A stretch of DNA of 64,000 nucleotides, from assembly GCA_963664225.1 (NCBI GenBank), contig OY760937.1, forward strand, positions 5,504,001 to 5,568,000. Direction: 5' to 3'. Both the position numbers and the translations under genes were made by a program. The notes beneath the pieces are model-generated. The model was not told the origin of the DNA, searched no databases, and was given only the letters and a program-made list of their open reading frames with translations. Numbering within the stretch: position 1 is the first letter of the stretch; each line of letters begins with the position of its first letter. This DNA is from Verrucomicrobiia bacterium. GTDB lineage: Bacteria; Verrucomicrobiota; Verrucomicrobiia; Limisphaerales; UBA1319. Positions 51,801 to 57,400 of this stretch are shown here, one piece after another.

Positions 51801-54408
51801 GACACCGGACGGATCCATCAACTTCACTGTGGCGGCAGTGCTGGTGCCCGAAGCACTCGGATCCAGCGCGAGCACCACATTCGAAGTGGCGGCCAGCCGC
51901 ATCTATTACCGGCTGGGCAATCCGGAAGTGCTGGAATCAGGTCCGATATCGGGCTCAATGTCATCGAGCCTGCGGCAGACAGATTATTTTGGAACGGCAT
52001 CGACGGATAAAACGGGTTATTCCAATGAGGATCCGATCGTCATTTCCGGGAAGGCCATTGTGCGATCCACGGGCCTGCCATTGGCGAATGCGCCTTTGAA
52101 GATTGGATTTGCAACCCGCGGGTTCAACTGGTTCAAGGAAACGACGACCGACAGTCAGGGCAACTACCAGTATTCCTATTCCACCATGCCTGGTTTTGGC
52201 GGCACCTTGATGTTGTGGGCCGCGCATCCGGATGTGTTCGACCAACTCAACCAGGCGCAAGTGTCCGTTTACAAGATGTATGCCACGCCATCCCGCGGGG
52301 AAATTCGGATGTCGAAGAACGACACGATGGATTTCAGCGTGAGCCTGGTCAATCCCGGGGACATTCCGTTAACTGGTTTTACGACCGAGTTTCATGCCTA
52401 TGTCGTGGATGGAACCAATTATAATGAAATAACGACGATCACCGGAACGAACCTTCTGGGAGCGGGATTCCAAGTGGAGCAGGGGAAGAACCAGACGGCG
52501 GGATTTCGATTGAAGGCGTCTCCAAACGCGCCTGACAAGGCAGTGATCGAGTTTGACGTTCGTTCCGAGCAAGGAGCGCTGGCGACGTTTGTGGGGAATG
52601 TGACCCTGTTGCCGGCCCTTCCGGTGCTTAACGTGGTCAATCCAGCCGTGGGCTATCTGGAGGTCAGTCTGGATCGCGGCAAGATATTGAGCCGACAGGT
52701 GACCGTTGTGAACGGCGGTCTCAAGGATCTCAAGGGGGTTACATTAGTGGCTCCGACCAATGTGACGTGGATGAACGTCAACCTGCCCGTGTCCGATGAC
52801 GGCACGATCCATCTGCCTGATATTGGGATTGGCCAATCGAACACCTTCAGTGTGGTGTTCACACCGCCGAGTGACACACCGCTCAATTATTACAACGACT
52901 TTATCGCGATTCGCGGGACCAATGCGCAGACGGAGTTTAAAGTGCGTTTGTATGCGCTGGTTACCTCCGATCAAAAGGGGTCGGTGCAATTCTTCGTGGA
53001 CAATAACCTTGGGCAGTCGGTATCGAATGCCACGGTGCGGTTGCGCAGCAGTTTGCTGCAATTGGAGCTGACACCATCGATTACAGACGGCAACGGCCTT
53101 GTGACGGTGGATGGGTTGCAGGAAGGCGATTGGTCGTGGCAGGTGAACGCGCCGGGGCACAGCAGCACGGTGGGGACCATCACGGTGGTGCCTTCGCAGA
53201 CCGTGCAGGTGCATACGCGGCTGGCCAAGAGCCTGGTGACGGTGACATTCAATGTGGTTCCAGTGCCCTACACGGACAAATACGAAATCAAGATCGAGCA
53301 AACGTTTGAAACCCATGTTCCGGTGGGTGTGCTCGTGGTCGATCCGCCTTTCAAGGATTTCAAGAAGATCGATTCCGGATTCGAGGCAAACTGGATTGTC
53401 ACCGTGCAAAACTACGGTTTGCTGGAGATGACCGATGTGACCATCGAGGGCGCGGAAACCGGGGGCGGCAAATTGACACCGCTCATCGAATTCATTCCGG
53501 TTCTTTTGCCGATGCAAAAAGTCGAAGTGCCTTTCACATTTGCCTATAACGCTTCGGCAGGAACCACGACCAACACGACCCAGTCATTGAAAAGACAGCG
53601 AATACCCGACTCGGACGATCTTGCCCAGTGCGTTGCGGGGATGATGCCTTTTGGCAGCCTTGCGGATCCCAATATCTTCAGGGGACTGGCTGCCATATTC
53701 CAGGCGAGAGAGAGGTGCATATCCGATCTGGATCCGCAGACCGCATTGGCGTCCGTGGGTATCATATTCGCCATAGGCCAGATCGCAGGCGCGATCGGCA
53801 GCGCCCAGGAATTCATCGTCGGGGCCATTGGGGGATTGATCAGTTGCATCATCGGCAATTTTCTTCCCTTACCCGACAGCGGCCCGTTCTCGTCATACCC
53901 GGGACCGCGATCAGACAACGCATTCCAGATTGGCAATTTGCAGTGCTTCGATGCGGACACACCGGTATTGATGTCGGATGGAACCTCAAGGCCGATTGCA
54001 TCCATCAAGGTGGGCGACCGGGTGAAGACCGGTTCCTACGCTGGAAATGTGGCCGAAGTGCGCGAAGTATTTACGCGCGACCAAACACCCGTGCGAAAGC
54101 TGACGATCAGCGATGGGCTGGAGCATGGAGTGGATCGGGAGATCATTACAACGGACGAACACCTGTTCTGGGTGGACGGGCGCGGATGGATGGCCGCATG
54201 CAATCTGAAAGGCGGGGATTACCTTGTGGATTCAAATAACGAGCGGATCAAGGTGCTGACCAATCACAAGCTGGACAAGGCGATACGCGTCCATTCGTTC
54301 CAGTTAAAAGGCGACAGCGCCTTTTATGCAAACGGGGTGCTTGTGCGCGATATGTGCGGTTTGGGTGGAGTGAAACAGGTCGCCGCAGGGAAGGGGGTGG
54401 CGCAATGA
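33814..54408 (+). CDS. Giant (~6860 aa) exported multidomain surface protein with a C-terminal Hint domain
   Basis: Uninterrupted 20.6-kb ORF with Sec signal MSHQTLFLCTALFAMATHA. Contains a C-type lectin (EPN/WND), three FG-GAP blocks (GDFNGDGKLDLAVAN), PPC-like and LamG domains, CARDB, InlB-B-like and FN3/Ig repeats, and a Hint domain starting CFDADTPVLMSDG. Confidence 0.92.
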   Translation: MSHQTLFLCTALFAMATHAAQPPYATDFESGVGAEWSLPNVDASEIGSFSRFSGRFTNDKQTLTLSNMTVGVSYSLFFDFYAIDTWDGSYSGTGDYFNVGVDTNQVFHYTFSNYNGDPPSNPQSYPGVPDVGRYNMGFAGYVDAIYRNIEIPFIASNTVVQISFQGQNLEDISNESWGIDNVSVRPSSQTQTTTISYTTLPPDHSTNGFVLDGFGIGALRNLLGTTATNGANYSFREAGANGVFGDSDDAIIPLNLNFNGYNSVNFTLTNAPLQPGKYRFETKAGLLDTNSNAVAVFAREFVIANPVGGQIETPNNDSIATATALPMAENPAGSGFFAAFGLGLFSAKGEADYWRFEGEARDKLTIRLEANANGIYPQLYLQDSTGQTLSSVGGDYYGTAQIQNYVISKPGTYFVKVWSDNQTGKYKLRVDQSRGPQLEQEDNNAQSTANVLGLTFSTGTYQARIAGALTGNDSGAGDVFSLGTLNAGNSISVALAMPVGGSLVTSAAILSIEGAGAGNGVSLATNTAGFLNFIVASNDLYYVRIATANSNLNLNAQYLLSITVVDGVPPVVVSTSLPDGGQATTNLIDKISVLFSEDLAQSVNNMGQRYLTYGGRRYAVTPPALSWEDAETYAQSIGGHLVTINSPLENEWIRRQFSSYGSVWIGYTDKAAEGTWVWADGSPTKYTHWNSGEPNNSGGNENYGVMLTSGFWNDVNAATTAYGVVEIGTGGLDTDGDGLANAIDPFPNDALNGFELRGAGADGLFKTADDRVYALVADSYSGGLAVTLRVTDGPLLPGKYQFVLTTSIKDRAGNSMAGNYTNSFVVTALSGYVTYNGAGDVTPISGSVAAAPDGSLVNYSDAPTGRYPRGIAAGLLDGGTNLDLAVANYGSGDVSILLGAGDGTFYRSTNYATGNGAATVTMGDLNKDNRMDLVVVNNSANNVTVLMGNGDGTFQSGTNYAVGSSPIGLVLRDFNGDGKLDLAVANQSAKTISVLMGNGDGTFKTAVNYGTGNQPYSLVAADFNGDGKVDLAVANYGESTVSVLNGNGDGTFNAKVDYPTGTGPRGLDVGDLNGDGKLDLVTGNTDAGTVSILAGNGDGTFAAKADYASGGSDVYQILLADFNGDNRLDVVVPGFGNSRLCILLNRGNGTLESPMTYPAGNNAIWAAAGDFNGDQRLDLAVVNYYASTVTVLNGVGAKLLTEDPIGSGIRIGAGRGQLKNQSDVDVWNFTAKAGDLVSVAVEVPGNPAASQLYYRIYNAAGDTLTDFYTSYNGWGQSAPYRFAASGTYWIGVQRYYDYFSEYRLRVTLASPPTQMETEDNSDISHANKPALELASGHLTASVLGYFGVGDANGDYFNFGNLAAGATIQLTMKQPSSSGLAGVLGIYDAGGNLVANGAPGATPVSYTIPPGGGSNYYARVMGAGIYGLHAASGNSALVFDGNADFVMVTNAPSLDLSNQFSLEAWVYPRNFAGRDRAVISKVGGTGGNNGYQLVFGQDGKLSLLFNASGESWPANSVSTPPLDILNRWTHIAATYDNDTMRLYVNGQLAASNTIGAKSVVKSLSNLRIGNDDNAYVFFDGLIDEVRVWNTARSASAILTGMSQSLTGAESGLAGYWPFNEGSGGVASDLSPNKNSGILGNGVASQQPAWVALRTTDQPAAGIFAQYLMGVDIADAVAPLITSITLPAANSTNQIMIDRFTITFNKDMMASTVTNSLSYDLRSAGPDGLFNTGDDVLYPVINQNYSSGLSSSYLIGDGPLQSGSYRLTAKTALKDRSGNALAADYKRDFVVAGVAGFITENRSNDTQNTATSLSIAPGNLNDGSFYQGDSVGVGSRPYSIVSGRFNGDNHLDLATANSSDGTISILLGSGSGTFTNATNISVGGNPYNVATGDFNGDGKADLSVTKDSPYQVVILLGAGDGTFQAFTNYTVANSPRVQAVGDFNKDGKLDIAVACQSVDKVSVLLGNGDGTFKTNVDYPVGSQPYGIAMGDFNKDGKLDLVVGDYNGDQVSVLMGKGDGTFDSAVNYPTGGGPRAVAVGDMNGDGTLDIVTANSQGNSLSMLEGKGDGTFLAKRDFGMTIYDTYQVLLTDLNGDGRSDVVIAAYGAGRLGVLLNRGNWAFENYEDYSMPSGIGVVAGDFNEDLRTDLAVASYSNNKVTVFSGNNNELLAEDPAGSGIRSSAARGNVSGVNDVDYWSFSAKSGDILALSVETPGNPAASQLYYTVYYPNGAVVSEFAADSYYGWGNLSPVRLNVSGTYTVGVRRYYDYVGEYRIRVTLAPDKYQMEVEPNNDIAHANAPTLVLANGHQTANVVGSIGEGDGSGDYFRLGNLSGGTLIHLGLTQPTVSPLQDILTIYDTNGTIITNSAIRGTSLDFTIPTGGDGAYYARVQSANPGAVQFSGGNDYVNVGNWSPGTQWTVEAWVKPNAAPSGRHGIAGGFNSCADWGIVLQDGQFGIATKPPSGCSITIPSGEAVTLNQWYHVAATCDGTNAQLYVNGVLKATGPVSVNYSANGNGTWIGSEACCGNETFSGLIQEVSIWERPLSGAEITSGMSHALAGTETGLAGYWKLNEGVGTVALDSSTRNRNGTLVNGPVWARSDLAGFASAALPGTVIFDRLYAIYALNIDLSDSQPPSIVAVSLPDEGSTNTTIVDRFTINFNKDMMATTVTNAATYELRSSGANGIFDTADDEIYTISCDGYTSGLTASYRISDGPLQPGFYRFTIKTALQDRTGNPLPQNYTRKFKVEGVDGFILETRNNNTLGQATSLSRARTATPDGSFRQAENVNVENNPRFAGVADLNGDGKLDMVVANSGAGNVSVLLGVGDGTFQPRTNYATGSGPTGVALADYDKDGKIDAVVANYNANTITLLQGNGDGSFQAITNITTGNHPLYLISGDFNRDGKPDFGVTCNGENKIYVYIGHGDGTFDAPSIYSTGTNPEILAAGDFNGDGKPDLAVGNYRSANVSVLLGNGDGSFQAPVQFATGAGPAAVAVGDLQNKGKLDLVVANYDAGTLSVLRGDGAGNFGTNTDYSTGGTQPYILTLADINGDGFLDVVVPNSGSGNVAVMLNLGDGTFAAPVTYTTGYRPFQVVAKDFNQDGRLDFAAVCYGNAYVSLYLGNDTEYLAEDPTGSGIRTSASRGRMTTSTDADYWSFTGKAGDWLIVAVDTPGTPAGSALDFRVDGPNGANVTDFQGGYYGYGQCAPVQLPFTGTYTILVKKYYDYQGEYRMRVTTAPSSYQLEQEDNSAINRANTLNLAAANQHRAANVLGYIGTGDDSGDYYSLGNLGAGTTITLKTQRPLTSGLWPAMAIYKTGGTPVTNSVGGITNLSYTIPSGGDGAYYIGVAKSDFGPRAGLRLDGSQAVGYGSWLTNQAFSVSMWIKPDASQTSYADIMDNNHRGGVNWVIQQDGGNVNSYSFGVADGGLPPTFYITPGNWHHLMVSRDAARLDRVYLDGQVVSSTTGTGDINYDGNQFLRSGRWGGGGRNWNGVIDEVHIWDHALTALELQRDIGYATAPGDAGIIGFWKFNEGSGSVVKDYSAFARDGAIEGTPQWGSFAEQPYDPLFAQYILKVDLSDTLPPVITSVSLPDEGSTNSAILDTFTVAFSKDMLASTVTDPGSYEFRGAGDDGILGTGDDILYTIQCDGYGSGLSAAYHIMDGPLQPGLNQLTISTAMKDRSGNPIAAPFIRTFAIGSIGGFAFETRNNNTAATATPITLIEDPTGFKSGGGRGNLSSASDVDFWKFDGHTNESVVLSVEIPDHPGGSQLHYQIFAPNGNNLADFTSDYYGSGLSSVLLLPTNGVYTIRVEHYYNYFYEYRIRLGVAVPPMQMEAEGNDDIAHANAIALAPGGQGRYGSMAGCIRTSGDLDYYSIAGITNGSTVFVSVRLPSTSRLSPVVSLYDKNNQYLAEAPGGRPNDGVAQVRITQDGAYYAVVRGSEGVGGITEQYVVDFQVIPSGNVNFPNLQVTSLIPPTGLITSGGSISFGFSVTNIGSVATPAAAWSDRAVLSQNIILGDEDDISLGVFPHAGALAPGAGYTVTRTAQIPDGVSGPYYLIVQTDVGNAVNEFLFEADNTTVSDHTFNITLADYVDLKVEDLNVAGPDNAGSYTITWKTANRGKADSTQNFYERILVKNLTSGEVLLDQEALTTNALPVNSTLARTNSVKTSTAGNYLVRVTTDSRNNIYEYDATSHANAERNSVDGAFQITQIYNIAAGANPAGAGTITGAGQYVIGSVAELTAIPVTTDKPYSFLNWTENGTFQTASNTYRFSVTRDRQLTANFALPVFQIAAVSVPAVGGTVTGAGTYAYGVTNTLKAIANDGYRFTNWVENGSAISTQTSLTFGVYTNRALIARFVEANVFHVVTTATLPAGVAAVSGAGTYNNGQTVSIVAPAAVTNGPMAYTFKRFTQNGNPFGNAPSISKTFSTLDSTNIAIVAEYDGRSILPVVVNVSVNYTNPVPLTTNYVLTFQFDRSMRGTPEPQIVLTNAQSAVQPVVASGGQWSTTASNNDTYSTPPIVLTTGMDGTNQVWISKAQDLSGLTLDRTNVYAAMVDATPPVQPVFSLVSSNASSVVLGWSGYAAPQDLAGFRVYLVQTNFTTLAGLSPITGLAPSARNFQVSNLSLDTDYYIAVIASDIAGNSAGTVTPLKIKLPTTLPPKVTIDVAAVGPNSARISWTGYDTSALFGFSGFRLYMKDSPFAIVNGMTPSASFDAQTRQAQVDALDRSKKYYFAVVGVNATNGFIPVVTTRQWSDPYAGNIAANLTIGGIDQTVDIYQTMVVTNGVTLTINAGTTLRFAPGSGIVVDQGLIMAQGTALDPIVLTSSSDTNGGSPAAGDWAGLVVRGNAANASKLTQVWVKYGQGLVLDNATPVVDAFSAVYNAPSGLRLTNGAALTTKDALISLNQVGAMQSDTSRLMVWNSVIKNNATNAWARGSLGLVATQNWWGTPLQADVVSRLTGNVDARGFLESEPLLTPAAGIVGGLTRVSSQSLELKFACRTAESMRASEDSAFKGTFFAPFASRQIFQLSDGGGHKSIFVQFRSTTGDTNTPLLLQVEYVTSGPQIINFNLAEGQVISRPLLVTGIATAVLGIQSVEFYADNVLADSVTTGIYSRRWDMRTLSPGIHRVKLLARDKGGSIATEERNVTINPTPAPAPFIVTPASDGIQAQTTVSVAGTAEPNIGLRLTDNGTLLATSVADATGGFKFDNMVLVEGANELVVIAYDDIGSSRSITRRIVLDTGAPSAVVLDAPIYVPNFGVNLSWNYAKVGERPSKFQVFWAKTPFISTNQAIGKSLVLSLTTYAVQGLADGTYYFGVLGYDDAGNHSPMSSLVSLKYDATAPSFNISYDKSPPVGVGPVQVTLTASEPLTGTPGLTLKPANSTPISLNLTNVSASSYVTAIVISNTTLSGLAIWNVSGQDVSGNVFNGAPAGQPFNIDVIQPVGSIATLPASPVQTLVPTNVSVNLTLSKPAKTGTPPIIKFTPPIGAEVGVTMSGTGTNWVGLLPLQTSMGSGFGQFAMTAVDALDNTGTNITSGAVLEIYNTALPSAPETPTNFVARTIVGGLVRLTWNAVTNADIYRLYREPGSNTTAPTALVADNLSTNGLDDLPSADGRYTYAVTASRRGSESNPSKIVVGVSDRTPPGAPTNVAAELASSGVQISWRPPAGEKPFKYLVYRNGVLIGSTSTGTNLVDAPPRGVASYTVSSADVTGNENLSTPATIDMLVGAVEHLAVLVNSGQAPVLSWTSSDTTAIGFNVYRNGIKQNASALTVASYTDNLPVGNDAIEYVVRAVNAKSEESAPRVVKIYSVTLDLLANAGGDTVSKPLVTRYFDNYRVSVTNLTVNNVFPLETVELRRVAGGGVTTTQTIPVGQSVASGNWYNRDVVFASATTVDAQSMRMRVIQSSDLGGSSVIYQRTFDFASVLEPSLMMSLSASQPPLAGGLTDFDVRLYNRGYADINVIVVRENGAAPGDVYVAVKNALGQEVSRTAYRGTPKGTFFMNDGRGYVRVTPDGSINFTVAAVLVPEALGSSASTTFEVAASRIYYRLGNPEVLESGPISGSMSSSLRQTDYFGTASTDKTGYSNEDPIVISGKAIVRSTGLPLANAPLKIGFATRGFNWFKETTTDSQGNYQYSYSTMPGFGGTLMLWAAHPDVFDQLNQAQVSVYKMYATPSRGEIRMSKNDTMDFSVSLVNPGDIPLTGFTTEFHAYVVDGTNYNEITTITGTNLLGAGFQVEQGKNQTAGFRLKASPNAPDKAVIEFDVRSEQGALATFVGNVTLLPALPVLNVVNPAVGYLEVSLDRGKILSRQVTVVNGGLKDLKGVTLVAPTNVTWMNVNLPVSDDGTIHLPDIGIGQSNTFSVVFTPPSDTPLNYYNDFIAIRGTNAQTEFKVRLYALVTSDQKGSVQFFVDNNLGQSVSNATVRLRSSLLQLELTPSITDGNGLVTVDGLQEGDWSWQVNAPGHSSTVGTITVVPSQTVQVHTRLAKSLVTVTFNVVPVPYTDKYEIKIEQTFETHVPVGVLVVDPPFKDFKKIDSGFEANWIVTVQNYGLLEMTDVTIEGAETGGGKLTPLIEFIPVLLPMQKVEVPFTFAYNASAGTTTNTTQSLKRQRIPDSDDLAQCVAGMMPFGSLADPNIFRGLAAIFQARERCISDLDPQTALASVGIIFAIGQIAGAIGSAQEFIVGAIGGLISCIIGNFLPLPDSGPFSSYPGPRSDNAFQIGNLQCFDADTPVLMSDGTSRPIASIKVGDRVKTGSYAGNVAEVREVFTRDQTPVRKLTISDGLEHGVDREIITTDEHLFWVDGRGWMAACNLKGGDYLVDSNNERIKVLTNHKLDKAIRVHSFQLKGDSAFYANGVLVRDMCGLGGVKQVAAGKGVAQ
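53944..54351 (+). other. Hint (intein-like) domain within the giant protein, 136 aa
   Basis: Block A C-FDADTPVLMSDG..RPIASIKVGDRV; block B ITTDEHLFWV (TxxH); C-terminal FYANGVLV-RD instead of ..VLV-HN. Confidence 0.88.
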
Positions 54409-57400
54409 AAACGACTCCATCGATTTTAATTCGAAATCTCATGAAGCCCATTGAACGCATACTGAATGTTGCCCCTAAATGGATTGGCTCATGCGTTTGC
54501 GGTTTGTTTCTATACTGCGCCATGACTGCTTCGGCACAGCAGGAACAGCGCGGACTCTGCGCTCAGGTCAAGATCGTGATCCTTCAAGAATTGACGTTGG
54601 AGCGCATCGGTTTTGAGGCCACTCTTGAAGTGACCGATAATGACGGGAATGATCCGATCACAGACTTTTTCGCCGATCTCACGTTCGAGAATCCGGCGTT
54701 GTCCACGAATGGCGTGGCCAACGATGCCTCATCCCTGTTTTTCGTGCGCGCGCCGGAACTGCAGAATATTTCCGACGTGAATGGCGGGGGAGTGATCGGG
54801 CCCACAAAGAAGGCGGTGATACGCTGGTTCATCATTCCCAAGATCAAGGCTGGTGGAATCACCCCTGATGGAGTCCGTTATAAAGTGGGCGCCAAGCTCA
54901 GCGGGAAGTTTCAGGGAATACAATTGCCCAGCGATGTGTTGCAGGCCCTGCCGGACACGATTGTGGTCAGGCCCGAGCCGCAATTGGAAATCACCTATTT
55001 CCAACCGAGAGATGTGCAAGGTGACAATCCTTTCACGCCCGAGGTGGAAAGCCCGATTCCATTTTCCATCGGCGTGCTGGTAAAGAACTCAGGCTATGGC
55101 ATTGCGCACAAACTTAAAATCGCGTCGCAGCAGCCGCAAATTGTGGAAAACAAGCGGCATCTATTGTTGGTGGCGCAATTGCTTGGGTCGCGGGTTAATG
55201 ACGCGCCGCTCGATAATGCGAACCTGACCGTGGTGCTGGGCGATTTAAACCCGGGGGAGGCGCAGAAAGCCTCCTGGGACATGATCACATCGCTCTCGGG
55301 AGAGTTTACCGATTTCAAGGCTTCGTTCACCCATGCTTCGGACCTGGGTGGTGAGGAAACCTCGGTGATCAAATCGATCAACGCGTATTTCATCGCCCAT
55401 GAGGTTCTTAACGACATGCCGGGCCGCGATAAATTGCTCGATTTTCTCGCGGACACGGATCGTGACGAAAACATGATACCGGACGCGCTTTACGAAAGTG
55501 AGGGGAATGTCGAGCCCGTCAACTATCTGGCGAATACCACCATCGATGCGATATCGGGCACACCCGGTGCCTACAGGATCAGCCTGGATGCGGATCGTTC
55601 CGGCTGGTGCTATATGAGGTTGAACGATCCCGGGCAAAACCGGTTGAAAATCGAGAGCATCGTTCGTTCGGACGGCAAGGTGATCAACCCCCATAATATG
55701 TGGACCAATACCCGGTATGCCAAAGTGACCAATGCCCGGTCCGATTATCTCAACTTGTTCGATCTCGTTGATCTCAAAAAATACACTTATACCGTGCAGT
55801 ATGCTCCATCGAGCATCGATACGACACCGCCTGCGACCACTTTGCGGTTTGTCGGCACTTCCGCTTATTCCAACGGGAGATACTACATCACGCCCGATGC
55901 TCAAATGTACTTCACAGCGGAAGATCAAAGTCCGGTCAGTATTTATTACAGCCTGACAAACAGCGCGTTTATACCGGCGTATCCATTTGTGCTGCGCACG
56001 CCGGGAGAATACGCGCTCAAGTATTACGGGCAGGATGCCAGTGGGAATCGGGAGGCAACCAATTCCACCGTGCTTGTGGTTGGGAACGCGGGTCCGACTT
56101 TATTAAGCTTCCTTGGCGCGACGCAGGCGGTGATTACCTCCGGAGACGCGTTGTCCGTTCGCCCGAATTCCGCCGACATTCGTTACCGCGCGGGATTCAG
56201 CCCCGTGCCGGTGGATGCCTATCTGGATATTTTCCAGGGAGTCATGGGCTGGCCTGTGGTTTCAGGGGTGCCATCGTCGCCCACTGCCGCCACTCTTGCG
56301 CATTTGGTCATCCGCGGCGACTGGGTGGATTTTTACAAATACAGTCTGGATGGCGGCGCGTGGAGCGCTGAAAAGCCGGTGGCGCAAATATTGCATTTGC
56401 TCAATCTGTCCGCAGCCCAGCATAGCGTGAAGGTGCTGGGACGCTCCGCATACGGAGACTATGGCGCGGAAACCAATGCGGTGGCGGTTCAATGGACCGT
56501 TGATCCAGCGGCTCCGCCGACCCAGATCACGGGCACGCCGGCCACCCCAACGAGCGATCTTTTTGCGACGCTCAAAGTTGCAGGCACGGGAGTTAATTTG
56601 TACCGGTGGACATTGAGCAACGGCTATTATCGCGCGCCCGCCGGTGTGGCTGTTCCTCTTTCGATCACGAATCTGGGAGCGGGACCACAAAACATTTCTG
56701 TCATCGGCCTGTACTCAGGCGCGTGGCAGCCAACGAATAATCCAACAACGGCTGCCTGGACGGTGGATCCGGCTTACGGCTCCGATTATTCATCCAAGAC
56801 GCTTGTGCGCAGTGTGACCAATCGGAATGTTGGATTCCTGCCGCAGAGTTTTGCCTGGGATGGCCGGAACGAGCAGGGGACGATCATGCCTCCCGGGTGG
56901 TACACCGTGCGGCTGACACTCAAGGATCAGGTGGGGCGGTCCACCTACGCGACCAAGCTGGTGCAACTGGGCGAATTCGCCGGGTCTTTCAATGCGCTCG
57001 CCGCCGCCAGTCGAGGACCTGAGAATCCGAATGCGCGCGGACGTTGGGCCGTCTGGCAGGATCAAAGCTCGGGCAATTCGCAAATCTATGCGCAGGATTT
57101 GCTGATACCCGGCAATGCCCCGTTCGGTTTGACGACCAGCACTCGCAGCCAGGAGAAGCCAAGAACAGATGGCCGCTTTGTGGTCTGGCAGTCCCGGCAA
57201 ATCAATGGCGGGTGGGACATATGGATTCGCGATCTATTGTCGGGCGGCCAGGCCTCAGCACTGACCTCGACAACCGATGTCGATGAAACCAATCCAACGG
57301 TCGATTGGCCCTGGGTCGTTTATCAGTCCAAGTCGTCCCTGGACGCCAAGGCGCCGCAACAGTTGAAGGCGGTGAACCTGGTAACAGGGGTCACTCAATC

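Noticed and set aside
53944..54408. Canonical splicing intein or polymorphic toxin-immunity module
   Set aside because: No terminal His-Asn, the following residue is Met rather than Cys/Ser/Thr, there is no endonuclease, only 18 aa follow, and the next gene is a large exported protein rather than an immunity gene.
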